Of a stretch of 32,000 nt of DNA, positions 1 to 8,368 are shown in pieces. The first letter of the stretch is position 1. Every line of letters begins with the position of its first letter. The position numbers were made by a program, and so were the translations under genes. Where the stretch lies: assembly GCA_963667985.1 (NCBI GenBank), contig OY764081.1:1367599-1399598 (forward strand), in the 5' to 3' direction. Source of the stretch: an uncultured Methanocorpusculum sp. (GTDB taxonomy: Archaea; Halobacteriota; Methanomicrobia; Methanomicrobiales; Methanocorpusculaceae). The notes beneath the pieces were generated by a model that worked only from the letters and a program-made list of their open reading frames with translations, did no database searches and had not been told where the DNA came from.

Positions 1-522
1 TTTGATCCATCCGTCTGCAACGCATCCAAGGATCACGGTTCCAATACCCCGCACGTTGAAGTGGTGGTCGATCGGGACCGATCCGACTGCCCCTTCCTTT
101 GGCTCGATATCGGGCTGGTTTGCCGCACGTTCAAGAAGTTCGGCTGAAAGTCCGATGAAATCCTCTTCCATGATCTTGTAGGATTCAAGCACCGTTCCTT
201 TGGTCAAAGGCGCGATCTGATTGGGCTGGATATAATTTTTGAGAACGATCGTTCCGTTTTTGACACCTGCGCAGTCCAGCATCAGGATCCACTCGGCAAG
301 CATCGGCGTGATCTCCGAGACAACGACGATCGCCTCATGGGCCATAGAAACTGCATAGAACAGCGGAGCAAGTCTGTCCGGATATCTGGTCGGCTCCAGA
401 AATGTAACGGTATCGTGACCTTTTTTCAGATTGTAGAAGGTGATATCAGTACTGGTTCCTTTTTTCCCGAGATCACGGGCATATCCGTTAGGAGCCAGAA
501 CGGCGACGGTTAAGTTCGGCAT
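1..522 (-). CDS. EF-Tu-like translation-factor GTPase-fold protein; N-terminal part only, the gene runs off the window start
   Basis: Absent from the ORF track because the window edge truncates it. A reverse-strand ATG at 522..520 opens MPNLTVAVLAPNGYARDLGKKGTSTDITFYNL...VPIDHHFNVRGIGTVILGCVADGWIK, with no stop down to base 1. The GIGTV..G.V.DG segment resembles the EF-Tu domain-2 barrel. The P-loop looks degenerate. Confidence 0.55.
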   Translation of the reverse strand, partial: MPNLTVAVLAPNGYARDLGKKGTSTDITFYNLKKGHDTVTFLEPTRYPDRLAPLFYAVSMAHEAIVVVSEITPMLAEWILMLDCAGVKNGTIVLKNYIQPNQIAPLTKGTVLESYKIMEEDFIGLSAELLERAANQPDIEPKEGAVGSVPIDHHFNVRGIGTVILGCVADGWIK

Positions 523-670
523 GGTTATACTCATTGGTGTTTTCGCATCATTATATTTATGGGTTTTATCCTCCGCATGCCCTTCTCACTCAGTACACTC
601 GACCCAAAAAAACCGAATTTCCGGTAAAAATCCCACAACATTTATCTCTTCATCATGCACATTATCAGAT

Positions 671-853
671 ATGAAAAATGTGAAAACGTCAGTTGATGGA
701 GATATTCTTACAATTAAGATCGATCTTTCCCAGGAAGTCGGACCGTCATCCTCAGGCAAGACCATCATCATTGGATCCACCATGGGAAACAAACCCATTG
801 ACCGCAAGCACCCCGATGTCCGTGTTGGTGTAAACGTTTATAAAAAGATCTAA
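671..853 (+). CDS. small conserved hypothetical protein (60 aa)
   Basis: This is the C-terminal part of track ORF 440..853. The internal ATG at 671 avoids overlap with the upstream minus-strand gene and has a TTTAT box about 27 nt upstream. Sequence is MKNVKTSVDGDILTIKIDLSQEVGPSSSGKTIIIGSTMGNKP...; I cannot name a family. Confidence 0.4.
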   Translation: MKNVKTSVDGDILTIKIDLSQEVGPSSSGKTIIIGSTMGNKPIDRKHPDVRVGVNVYKKI

Positions 854-916
854 GACGTTCTGATCAATTCTCTTTTCAATGATCCGTCTACGTCTGCGTG
901 TCTGTGAGGTAAATAT

Positions 917-1594
917 ATGCGGCCATATGTGATAATCAACGCAGCCATGAGCGCTGACGGAAAACTCGCCACCCGGGAAAGGAAACAGACCAAAATATCC
1001 GGTCATGATGACTTTTTGCGGGTGGACCGTCTTCGTGTCGATTCAGACGCGGTGATGGTGGGAATAGGCACCGTTCTTTCTGACGACCCCTCTCTTCGCC
1101 TCAAAAGCGAGGAGCATGCCGGGATGCGCAAAGCGAACGGAAAAGATCCGCATCCGATGCGGGTAGTTATCGACAGCACGGCAAAAATGCCCGCAGACGG
1201 CGACATGTTCAAAAAAGGACTGGGCCGCGTGGTTATTTTCGTCTCAGAAAAGGCTCCAAAGGAAAAATGCGACGCTCTAAGAGAAAAAGCGACCGTGATT
1301 TCTGCCGGCCGCGACACTGTCGATCTGGAAATAGTTTTGGATGAGCTTTCAAAACTCGGCGTCGAAAAACTCATGGTCGAAGGGGGATCGACCCTTTTGT
1401 GGTCCTTTATGAGCAGCGGTCTCTTCGATGAAATACGCATATACATCGGAGCGCTGATCATCGGCGGGAAAGATGCTCCGACCTTTGCCGACGGACAGGG
1501 GTTCACGAATCCCGACGATTTCACCCGTCTCACGCTCAAAGATATCGAGCGGATCGATGACGGTGTCCTGCTGACCTGGATAAAAAAAGCGTGA
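917..1594 (+). CDS. arfC: 2,5-diamino-6-ribosylamino-4(3H)-pyrimidinone 5'-phosphate reductase (archaeal RibD C-terminal-domain type; riboflavin/F420 precursor pathway)
   Basis: 225 aa. MRPYVIINAAMSADGKLA...D..RVD.LR..SDAVMVGIGTVL.DDP.L...LMVEGGSTL is the typical RibD_C / dihydrofolate-reductase-like reductase pattern. Confidence 0.85.
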   Translation: MRPYVIINAAMSADGKLATRERKQTKISGHDDFLRVDRLRVDSDAVMVGIGTVLSDDPSLRLKSEEHAGMRKANGKDPHPMRVVIDSTAKMPADGDMFKKGLGRVVIFVSEKAPKEKCDALREKATVISAGRDTVDLEIVLDELSKLGVEKLMVEGGSTLLWSFMSSGLFDEIRIYIGALIIGGKDAPTFADGQGFTNPDDFTRLTLKDIERIDDGVLLTWIKKA

Positions 1595-1597
1595 ATA

Positions 1598-3157
1598 TTA
1601 TTTTACCAGCCGCTTTTTTCTAAACAGCCTGTTGTACGTAACTGCAAATCTGTGGGCCTCGTCCCGTATCTCCTGAAGATACATATTTGCCTTTGTTTTT
1701 TTGCCGAACGGCAGCGGGAAGGGAACCCCTGATACGAATACTTCTTCTTCCGCTTTCGCAAGGGAGATCAGGGGGATGTCGGCATCCAGTTCGTCAAGGA
1801 TCCGCTTGGCTGACGAGAGCTGCCCTTTCCCTCCGTCGATCACGATCAGATCGGGCAGAGGTTTTTCCTCTTCGATCAGGCGGCTGTATCTTCGGCGGAC
1901 GACCTCGGCCATCGAAGCGAAGTCGTCTATTCCCTCGACCGTTTTAATTTTGAACCGCCGGTAGTTTCTCTTATCCGGTCTGCCGGCTCGAAACTGGACC
2001 ATGGAAGCGACCGTGTCCGTTCCCGAAAGGTGCGAGATATCGAAACACTCGATGACGTTTGGCGGTGTCTTGAGATGAAGGGCCGTCTGGAGTTCCATTA
2101 CTTTTATTTCGTCGCCGAAGTGGATCGTCTCGATATTTTTTCCCGCTAGTTCGAGCAGTTTTTTCTTAGCTCCCTGTTTCGGGACGGTGATTTTGACCAC
2201 ATGTCCTGCGAGATTTCCAAGATACGCGGCGAGCGCTTCGTCCAGCTCCTCTTCGACGATTATTTCTTTTGGAGCAGGGTTTTCGGTGTAGTATCGGGCG
2301 ACGAACTCTTCGAAAAAGCCGTCGGAGGCATCGAAAATAAACTCGTCCCTGCCGCCGAGTGTTCCTTTGTAGACATGGAAGACCATCAGATACACCGTTC
2401 CGTCAACAACGCGGTAGGCGATGACATCCTCGTCATGATCGGTTTTTCGGGCCACATACTGACGCGAAGAGAGATTTTCGACCGCGGTGATCATGTCCCG
2501 GCAGAGAAGGGCCGCTTCGAACTCCATGTCCTTTGAATACTCGGCCATCTCCTCTTCAAGTTTGGCAGTGATCTCCTTCGTGCTCCCTTTCAGCACGTCT
2601 GCGGCGTAGGAACACTGTTTTGCGTAATCAACGACGGTGACGTGTTCCCCGCACGGCCCGGTGCAGTTTCCTATATGATAGCGAAGGCAGGGTCTGTTCT
2701 TCGGCATATTTTTACAGGACCTGAGTCTGAAGGTTTTCTTCACGACTGAGAGCATATAGTCCCGCTCCTTTGCCGAGACGAACGGCCCGAAAAACTGCCC
2801 GTTCCCGCGGGTGTTTCTCGCAATGGTGATACGCGGATACGGCTCATTGGTGAGTTCGATGTATGCGTAGGATTTTGCGTCCTTGAGGTCGATGTTGTAC
2901 TTCGGTTGGTGATGTTTGATGAGCGTATTTTCCAGAAGATATGCCTCTTCATCGGTCGCAGTGATAATATATTCGACCGAACGAATCGCCGCCACCAGTT
3001 TTTTGGTTTTTGGATCATGATCCTTTTTCTGAAAATAGGATGAGACGCGTTTTCGGAGATCTTTTGCTTTTCCGACGTAGATAATTGTCCCTTCGCTGTT
3101 TTTGTATAAATAGCAGCCCGGCGAATGGGGTATGTCGGCAAGATCGAAGGGGGGCAT
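1598..3157 (-). CDS. uvrC: excinuclease ABC subunit C (UvrC), short form with no C-terminal (HhH)2 domain
   Basis: 519 aa. N-terminal GIY-YIG motif (GCYLYKNSEGTIIYVGKAKDLRKRVSSYF), UVR-like region, and RNase-H-like endonuclease region ending ...IRDEAHRFAVTYNR. The stop comes directly after that. Confidence 0.9.
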   Translation of the reverse strand: MPPFDLADIPHSPGCYLYKNSEGTIIYVGKAKDLRKRVSSYFQKKDHDPKTKKLVAAIRSVEYIITATDEEAYLLENTLIKHHQPKYNIDLKDAKSYAYIELTNEPYPRITIARNTRGNGQFFGPFVSAKERDYMLSVVKKTFRLRSCKNMPKNRPCLRYHIGNCTGPCGEHVTVVDYAKQCSYAADVLKGSTKEITAKLEEEMAEYSKDMEFEAALLCRDMITAVENLSSRQYVARKTDHDEDVIAYRVVDGTVYLMVFHVYKGTLGGRDEFIFDASDGFFEEFVARYYTENPAPKEIIVEEELDEALAAYLGNLAGHVVKITVPKQGAKKKLLELAGKNIETIHFGDEIKVMELQTALHLKTPPNVIECFDISHLSGTDTVASMVQFRAGRPDKRNYRRFKIKTVEGIDDFASMAEVVRRRYSRLIEEEKPLPDLIVIDGGKGQLSSAKRILDELDADIPLISLAKAEEEVFVSGVPFPLPFGKKTKANMYLQEIRDEAHRFAVTYNRLFRKKRLVK

Positions 3158-3200
3158 TTTCGGCAGGTTAATGTATGGGGGTGAATGTATCTTTAATCAT

Positions 3201-3428
3201 ATGGTCGTTCCTTGTTTAACCTGTCTGCATCTGGATTCTCATGAGTACACCTACGACAAAGAGCGGGATTTTTACAACTACCGCCTCACCTGCAAACAGG
3301 GTGTCGTTTTACCCGATCCCATGCCGAAGTCAGGATTCACCTGCGATAAATATGAAAACAAGCTCGCATCGATGCCGAGGATCAGAAGAAGTTCCTGTGC
3401 GATCGATGTCGAACCTGCAGAAAAATAA
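3201..3428 (+). CDS. small hypothetical protein with CxxC (75 aa)
   Basis: Internal ATG of track ORF 3132..3428, which avoids overlap with the uvrC start. Sequence is MVVPCLTCLHLDSHEYTYDKERDFYNYRLTCKQG...TCDKYENK. Codon usage resembles neighbouring genes (TAC/GAC/ACC/CTC). The TAA stop is followed immediately by a 19-nt plus-strand T-rich tract. Confidence 0.35.
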   Translation: MVVPCLTCLHLDSHEYTYDKERDFYNYRLTCKQGVVLPDPMPKSGFTCDKYENKLASMPRIRRSSCAIDVEPAEK

Positions 3429-3447
3429 TTTTTTTTCTTTTTTTCTT
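3429..3447 (+). terminator. oligo-T tract (ttttttttctttttttcttt), archaeal-type terminator candidate
   Basis: The T-run lies on the plus strand directly after the TAA at 3426-3428. Archaeal RNA polymerase terminates at oligo-T. Confidence 0.4.
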
Positions 3448-5177
3448 TACAGCACGATCATGCAGACGACCATGATCAGCAGAAATGCCGTGGTCAGCAG
3501 TAGTGTTGAGAGGGGAAGCAGGTTTGTGACGATGGCATTCACCGTCGACGTCAACTGAACGATCCTCGACGGACCAAACACCTCGACCTCCTCGCACATG
3601 TTGGTGGTGGCGCCGCCAGACGCAGGCGAGAGATCTTCGACCGCTTTTAAGACCGCTTCCGAGACGTAAGGGATGATTTCGCTTGGCGAGACTGCATCGC
3701 CGATCGGGTTTCTGCCGGAGACCGAGTTCACCACATGCGAATCGGTGGTCAGGATCTCGACCTCATCAATCCCGAGTCCGAGAACCGCGTTCTGCAGGAT
3801 CTCTCTGACACCGATCTGCACGTTGTTCCCGTCAAACAGGACATAGGCCGTTTTTATTCCGGCGACCTCGGTCACCATCGCGATGATTCCCATGTCGGCG
3901 AATCCTTCGCCTCGTCCAAAAGGCGGGATGACCTGTGCGGCTCCAACGGAGAAAGGCAGCATCTCGGCATCCAGCATATTGTTCATCGCCTCGTCCGCTC
4001 CGGAGATGAACTCGTTTCCGGTTTTTGTCGAGGGGTAGATAATGTTGGTGACCGCTGTCATACAGTTGTGGGCATCAACGAATCCGATGTTCTCGTATCT
4101 CCCTTTACTCTCTCCCATGACGATCCGGCCGATCGAGTAGTCCATGTCCTCCGTCATCTCGGGAGACCGTGTTGTGATCATCAGAAGAGAGTCACCGAAT
4201 CTCTGCGAGAGGATCGAGACCGTGCCAAAACTCGTTCTCACCGGGCGGCTTGCAAGTCCCGTATATTTGACCGAATCCAGACTTTCGCGGATCGCTTTTG
4301 TGATGCTTTTAGTCTCCCGGTTGGAGATCAGGTTCAGATCATGACTTGCGCATCCGTGGGATACGAGAACGACCGCATCGTCGGCAAACACGTCGTGCAG
4401 GATCTTCGGGAAATTACTGCCGCCGATCTCTGCCATCGGACCCGGGTGCAGGTTCGGGATGATGAACCAGACATCGGGTTTGCCTGCACGCTTGAAGAAG
4501 AACGTCGTTTCAGGGACCGAGACATACTCGCTGATGTGATGGAAATACTCTTCCATGTCGTTCGATCCGTTCGTCAGATGGGCAAGGAACGCATTGACGA
4601 AGTGCATTGCACCGACCCCGCTCGTCCTTTTCATCGGCAGATCAAACAGCAGTAAAAATACGATGACTCCGACCGAGAATACCGCGATCGAAACGACGAC
4701 CGGAATGATGAATCCTGGGCCGAAGTACCAGACACCGACGACTGCTCCGGCAAACGTCTGGATGGCGGCCGGCGCATACATCCGCCCGAACCGGTAGTCG
4801 GCGACTGCTGCGAGAACCACCAGTCTGATCGCGAGGATGAACCCGACGCCAAAGACATAGGCAAATCCTACGCCAAGGAACAGAGCGGTGACCATCCATA
4901 GAAGCATAAACACTTCAGACGCGAGTGCCAGAAGGCTGGACCGGTTCCAGGTGAATTCCTGCCGGGCGGTCGCACTTACGAATGGTTTGGTGAGAATCAG
5001 GGCAACGACGCCCGGGATCGAGAAGGCAAATCCGAACCACCAGATCTTGCCGGTGAAGAGGAACCCTACCCCGTCGGCGATTAGGCCGAGCAGGATTATC
5101 AATCCAAGAGATACTCCCCATTTCGGAGCGTCGAAGAGATATTTGGTCAATGACTCGGTTTTTACTTCGCGTTTCAT
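3447..5177 (-). CDS. DUF2070-family archaeal integral membrane protein
   Basis: 576 aa. Several N-terminal TM helices, a large soluble middle domain and a C-terminal TM helix. The architecture and sequence resemble the archaeal DUF2070 (COG3356) family. Confidence 0.65.
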   Translation of the reverse strand: MKREVKTESLTKYLFDAPKWGVSLGLIILLGLIADGVGFLFTGKIWWFGFAFSIPGVVALILTKPFVSATARQEFTWNRSSLLALASEVFMLLWMVTALFLGVGFAYVFGVGFILAIRLVVLAAVADYRFGRMYAPAAIQTFAGAVVGVWYFGPGFIIPVVVSIAVFSVGVIVFLLLFDLPMKRTSGVGAMHFVNAFLAHLTNGSNDMEEYFHHISEYVSVPETTFFFKRAGKPDVWFIIPNLHPGPMAEIGGSNFPKILHDVFADDAVVLVSHGCASHDLNLISNRETKSITKAIRESLDSVKYTGLASRPVRTSFGTVSILSQRFGDSLLMITTRSPEMTEDMDYSIGRIVMGESKGRYENIGFVDAHNCMTAVTNIIYPSTKTGNEFISGADEAMNNMLDAEMLPFSVGAAQVIPPFGRGEGFADMGIIAMVTEVAGIKTAYVLFDGNNVQIGVREILQNAVLGLGIDEVEILTTDSHVVNSVSGRNPIGDAVSPSEIIPYVSEAVLKAVEDLSPASGGATTNMCEEVEVFGPSRIVQLTSTVNAIVTNLLPLSTLLLTTAFLLIMVVCMIVL

Positions 5178-5178
5178 G

Positions 5179-5835
5179 TTACCAGAACCTGTCGATCATG
5201 ACTTCGCCACGAAGGCCTTGATAGCTGAACTTCAGCTCAGAACAGTGTATCGGCTCTGAAAAGCAGGGCGCATTCAGCACGAGCGATTCATACTCCCCGC
5301 CCTCTCCGGCGAGATGGATCCGTCTGGATTTATGGACGGAAAGCAGGACGTCGATCAGTTTTTCATCGATCTTTTTCCCGAGCACGTTGTCGCCGAGCCC
5401 GTCAGCGGCGCAGACGACGATTACGGCATCGAGACGGGAAACCACCTCATGCATAAGGGTGAGAGGATCCATTTTCCAGAGCGGAGCAAAAAGTTTCAGG
5501 CCGAGCCGGTCACAGACCGCGGCGACTCTCGACCTCTGATACTCGGACTCGATCGCCCCGACAATGATCCCCTCGACGCCGAGAGTTACAAGACCCTTTT
5601 CGAGGTCTTCGACCTCCTGTTCCTTCACGCCTTTCGATTTGATTTCCACATACTCGGCCCCGCAGCGTTTCGCCATTACGGAGACCGCCTTGAGATTTGC
5701 CGAGTGGAACATGTACGACTCGGTATTTTCCGGTACGACCGTGACCAGATGCGTGACCTGCATGCCGGCGTCGATCGCTTTTTGTACCGCAAGGATCGAG
5801 TCCTTTCCTCCCGAAGTCAGTGCTACCCAGCTCAT
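5179..5835 (-). CDS. dph6: diphthine-ammonia ligase (Dph6 / MJ0570-type PP-loop ATPase)
   Basis: 218 aa. The N-terminal ALTSGGKDS is the SGGKDS PP-loop, followed by the MFHS.N pattern typical of the family. Confidence 0.75.
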   Translation of the reverse strand: MSWVALTSGGKDSILAVQKAIDAGMQVTHLVTVVPENTESYMFHSANLKAVSVMAKRCGAEYVEIKSKGVKEQEVEDLEKGLVTLGVEGIIVGAIESEYQRSRVAAVCDRLGLKLFAPLWKMDPLTLMHEVVSRLDAVIVVCAADGLGDNVLGKKIDEKLIDVLLSVHKSRRIHLAGEGGEYESLVLNAPCFSEPIHCSELKFSYQGLRGEVMIDRFW

Positions 5836-6734
5836 TACGGCTCCAGTTTACCAAATGCGGTTTTGTAGCGCTTTGCCATCCGTTCCCAGTCGGGAAGGTT
5901 GGTTTGCGTCCCGATCATTTCCACAGCGAACGACGAGGTGACCGCCCCGATCTTTGCGCAGGTGACCGGGTCATATCCCTTTTTCCATGCGGTGAAAAAT
6001 CCTGCCCGGTATGCATCTCCCGCACCGGTCGGATCCTTTGCTTCGACAAAAACCGCAGGTATCTGTTCGGTTTTTCCGTCGAAGTAGAGACTGCTGCCTG
6101 CTTTTCCATGGGTGATGATGGTAAACGGTACCGAGTCGAGAATGTCTTTTTCGCTGCAGGAAAGGGTCTCTTTTATGATATCTATCTCATAATTGTTGCA
6201 GATGAGCATGTCGATCTCTCCAAGCAGGGTCGTAAGATCGTCGGCGGTATAGTATTTTACGTCCTGGCCCGGATCGAGCGAGGCAAACTCCGCCTTTTTT
6301 GCGATATTGATATTAAAGGCGGCGTCTCCTGTCGCCATATGGACAAACTCGCATTTCGGAGGGGTTGACCGGGCGAACGCCTCGCCGGCACCCCACTCGA
6401 AGTAGGTCACCTGATCTCCCGCGGCATTGTTCACCATGAACGCAGTCGAACTGTTTTTTTCACTTTTGAACACCGTCGTTTTCACGCCGAGTTCGTCCAG
6501 ATATTTTTCATATTCGCTGCCCGGGAAATCACACCCGACCGCACAGATGAGTTCGGCCTGACCGCCGAGTCTGGCGATGTCGGCTGCGATGTTTGCCGCC
6601 CCGCCACCGAAGTATATTCGGCGTTCCGAGACCCGCCGCGATTCGCCGATCGGCGGATACTCGTCTACGGTGATGATGTAATCTACGCAGAGATGACCGG
6701 AAATCGAGATAGTGTCACTCGGCAACTTCATCAC
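5835..6734 (-). CDS. PfkB-family carbohydrate/nucleoside kinase
   Basis: 299 aa. FGGGAANIA (ribokinase-family signature 1) and DPTGAGDAYRAGF (signature 2). Confidence 0.8.
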   Translation of the reverse strand: MMKLPSDTISISGHLCVDYIITVDEYPPIGESRRVSERRIYFGGGAANIAADIARLGGQAELICAVGCDFPGSEYEKYLDELGVKTTVFKSEKNSSTAFMVNNAAGDQVTYFEWGAGEAFARSTPPKCEFVHMATGDAAFNINIAKKAEFASLDPGQDVKYYTADDLTTLLGEIDMLICNNYEIDIIKETLSCSEKDILDSVPFTIITHGKAGSSLYFDGKTEQIPAVFVEAKDPTGAGDAYRAGFFTAWKKGYDPVTCAKIGAVTSSFAVEMIGTQTNLPDWERMAKRYKTAFGKLEP

Positions 6735-7080
6735 CTTCGATCAGTTCTACCGAATAGGTCGAAAGAGACACGTCACGCAGTGCTCTGCCAATCACTGATT
6801 TGGCAATGTGCACTGCGCGCTCGGAGTTTTCGGCTTTGAAGACCTTCATGGAAAGAAGAAGGCCAACGAGGCCCGTTCTTGCGATCACCAGAGCAGTATT
6901 GATCTCTTTTCCGCAGTATGGACAGGGCATGTTCATCACGTCCACGTCAACAAATTTTGCTGACGGGTGAAGACGTTTTCCTGCTTCACTCACGGCTATA
7001 CCAATGGCATCCTGAACGGACTCAACATCCTTAACCGTCCATCCTGCCTCCAGCGTCACTCGATAATCCGACATTTTCAA
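6715..7080 (-). CDS. UPF0212 / DUF555 family archaeal protein
   Basis: 121 aa. Y.V.LEAGW.V.DV.SVQDAIGIAVSEAGKRL...CPYCG...ARTGLVGLLLSMKVF.AE..E.A..IAKSVIG.ALRDV matches the conserved UPF0212 pattern. Confidence 0.65.
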   Translation of the reverse strand: MKMSDYRVTLEAGWTVKDVESVQDAIGIAVSEAGKRLHPSAKFVDVDVMNMPCPYCGKEINTALVIARTGLVGLLLSMKVFKAENSERAVHIAKSVIGRALRDVSLSTYSVELIEGDEVAE

Positions 7081-7201
7081 CTCGTTGTCTATACATTATC
7101 GCTTTGAGATAATGGAATTTACGGGTTGACGGAGTTTTGAAATGTGTTCTGATTTCATCTGCCGGGTTTTAAGCTGAGGTGCTTCGGCAGCTGAAAATCA
7201 G

Positions 7202-7228
7202 AAAAAAAGGTTGAGACATTCAAAAAAG
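7202..7228 (-). terminator. two oligo-T runs (T6 and T7 on the minus strand) downstream of the DGC operon
   Basis: Forward-strand A6 at 7222-7227 and A7 at 7202-7208 lie 23-48 nt past the stop at 7250. An imperfect 10-bp stem (TTTTAAGCTG...CAGCTGAAAA) follows at about 7167-7197. Confidence 0.35.
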
Positions 7229-7249
7229 TATTGTGTATTATTGAGACGA

Positions 7250-7591
7250 TCAGCGCTTTATCTGCAGAACGCTGTTTATGACCGTCTCGATCTCGGCGAA
7301 CTGCACGTCGGCCATGCCGTTTTTCGTGATCCCGATCTCGGTTGCGACCACATGATGGTCAGGCCTGAATCCGGCTTCGGCAAGCTTTTTTTCCGCACAG
7401 CAGTCCGTGCATCCGTCGAGCACGATCACTTCGTCCGCATCTTCCATTTCATCGGCAAGCGTTTCCGGGCCCTGCTGGGCACGGACCCACACATAACCGC
7501 CGGGTCTTCTCTGCAGGAGAGCGAGGGCGGCCTGTGTGGTCAGTTTGCCGGTGTTTGAAATCCCGGAACAGGTAATCAATGTAATCGGCAC
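7250..7591 (-). CDS. DGC-domain protein (putative zinc/metal-binding)
   Basis: 113 aa. N-terminal CSGISNTGKLT and central VLDGCTDCC match the DGC domain signatures. Confidence 0.7.
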   Translation of the reverse strand: MPITLITCSGISNTGKLTTQAALALLQRRPGGYVWVRAQQGPETLADEMEDADEVIVLDGCTDCCAEKKLAEAGFRPDHHVVATEIGITKNGMADVQFAEIETVINSVLQIKR

Positions 7592-7607
7592 GCTCGACCC
7601 CGTCCGT

Positions 7608-8068
7608 TCAATCGCAGGATCCGCCGCATCCGCAGCCGCACGTGGATTTTTTATTGGCCGAGTCTGTTTTCACCGGCTCGCTCTTCCGTCCCTCTCCTGC
7701 CCAGCAGGCGGCAACGATCTTCTCGATATCATCTTCCGTGTAGGATTTTGACGGCCCTTTTTTGATTCCAAGTTCCGTCACAATAATATTTTGTCCGACA
7801 GGAACGTCATGCCCCTCAGCAATCTTTGCTGCACAGGACATAGGACAGCCGTCAAGGACGACTACTTCCTCGGCATTCTTTGCAGATTTTACCAGTCCTT
7901 CACTACCTGTTGCAAGAAGCGCTGTGCAGACTATCTTCCCGTAGCCCTCTTCCGTGAGCTGAATCGCTGCGAGGTTTGTGATCTGACCGGCGTTTGACTA
8001 CCGGCACACGGAAAGATAAGTCGTTGTGTTTCGTTCTGCCCGCATGAGCAGGTTGGTTGTTCCGTCAT
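7608..8068 (-). pseudogene. second DGC-domain protein, apparently frameshifted by 1 nt, with a Cys/Gly-rich C-terminal tail
   Basis: ATG at 8068 follows GGAGTG and gives MTEQPTCSCGQNETQRLIFPCAGS. The homologous continuation SNAGQITNLAAIQLTEEGYGKIVC...VVLDGCPMSCAAK...STCGCGCGGSCD is in another frame from 7997 down to the stop at 7608. The span is 461 nt, one short of a multiple of 3. Confidence 0.6.
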
Positions 8069-8075
8069 GATTTTT

Positions 8076-8312
8076 TCACTCCGATAATAATGCTTTGATC
8101 TCTTTTACATCCGGGACCCGGCCCTCGGCCACGATCTCGTCATTGATGATTAATGCCGGCGTCATCATCACGCCACGTTCGGAGATCTGGTAGAGCGTCT
8201 CGATCTTGACCAGATCGACCGCGATATTCAGTTCTTTAATTGCCTGTTCGGTGTTGGCGAAAAGCCGTTTGCATTTCGTACACCTGGTTCCAAGTACTTC
8301 GATTGTTGTCAT
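8076..8312 (-). CDS. small thioredoxin-fold protein (redox-active disulfide protein 2 type)
   Basis: 78 aa. IEVLGTRCTKCK (CxxC) ...GVMMTPALIINDEIV..G is the classic pattern of this small Trx-like family, which often sits next to COG0701 permeases. Confidence 0.8.
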   Translation of the reverse strand: MTTIEVLGTRCTKCKRLFANTEQAIKELNIAVDLVKIETLYQISERGVMMTPALIINDEIVAEGRVPDVKEIKALLSE

Positions 8313-8368
8313 GATAGCTCCAATGGATATTCAACTTTTTTTGTATTAGATGTTTGTGATCGGGAAAC

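Noticed and set aside
440-670. 5' extension of the small ORF 440..853
   Set aside because: It overlaps the start of the minus-strand GTPase-like gene and the intergenic promoter region. The extension translates to hydrophobic low-complexity sequence. The internal ATG at 671 has a TATA-like box at the proper distance.
1003-1539. 178-aa minus-strand ORF that could have been a displaced UvrC C-terminus
   Set aside because: It is antisense to arfC. The translation (S/R/P-rich) has no helix-hairpin-helix GIG-type motifs and is not contiguous in any frame with uvrC.
3735-4655. 306-aa plus-strand ORF
   Set aside because: It is antisense to the DUF2070 membrane protein gene. Its composition is R/D/H-rich and not protein-like.
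7998-8000. In-frame TAG inside the DGC-domain gene as a possible pyrrolysine codon
   Set aside because: An alternative upstream frame with its own SD and ATG encodes the missing conserved N-terminus (..FPCAGS). The two frames differ by exactly 1 nt at AGT/TCA. A simple indel explains the data, and no Pyl machinery is visible in the window.
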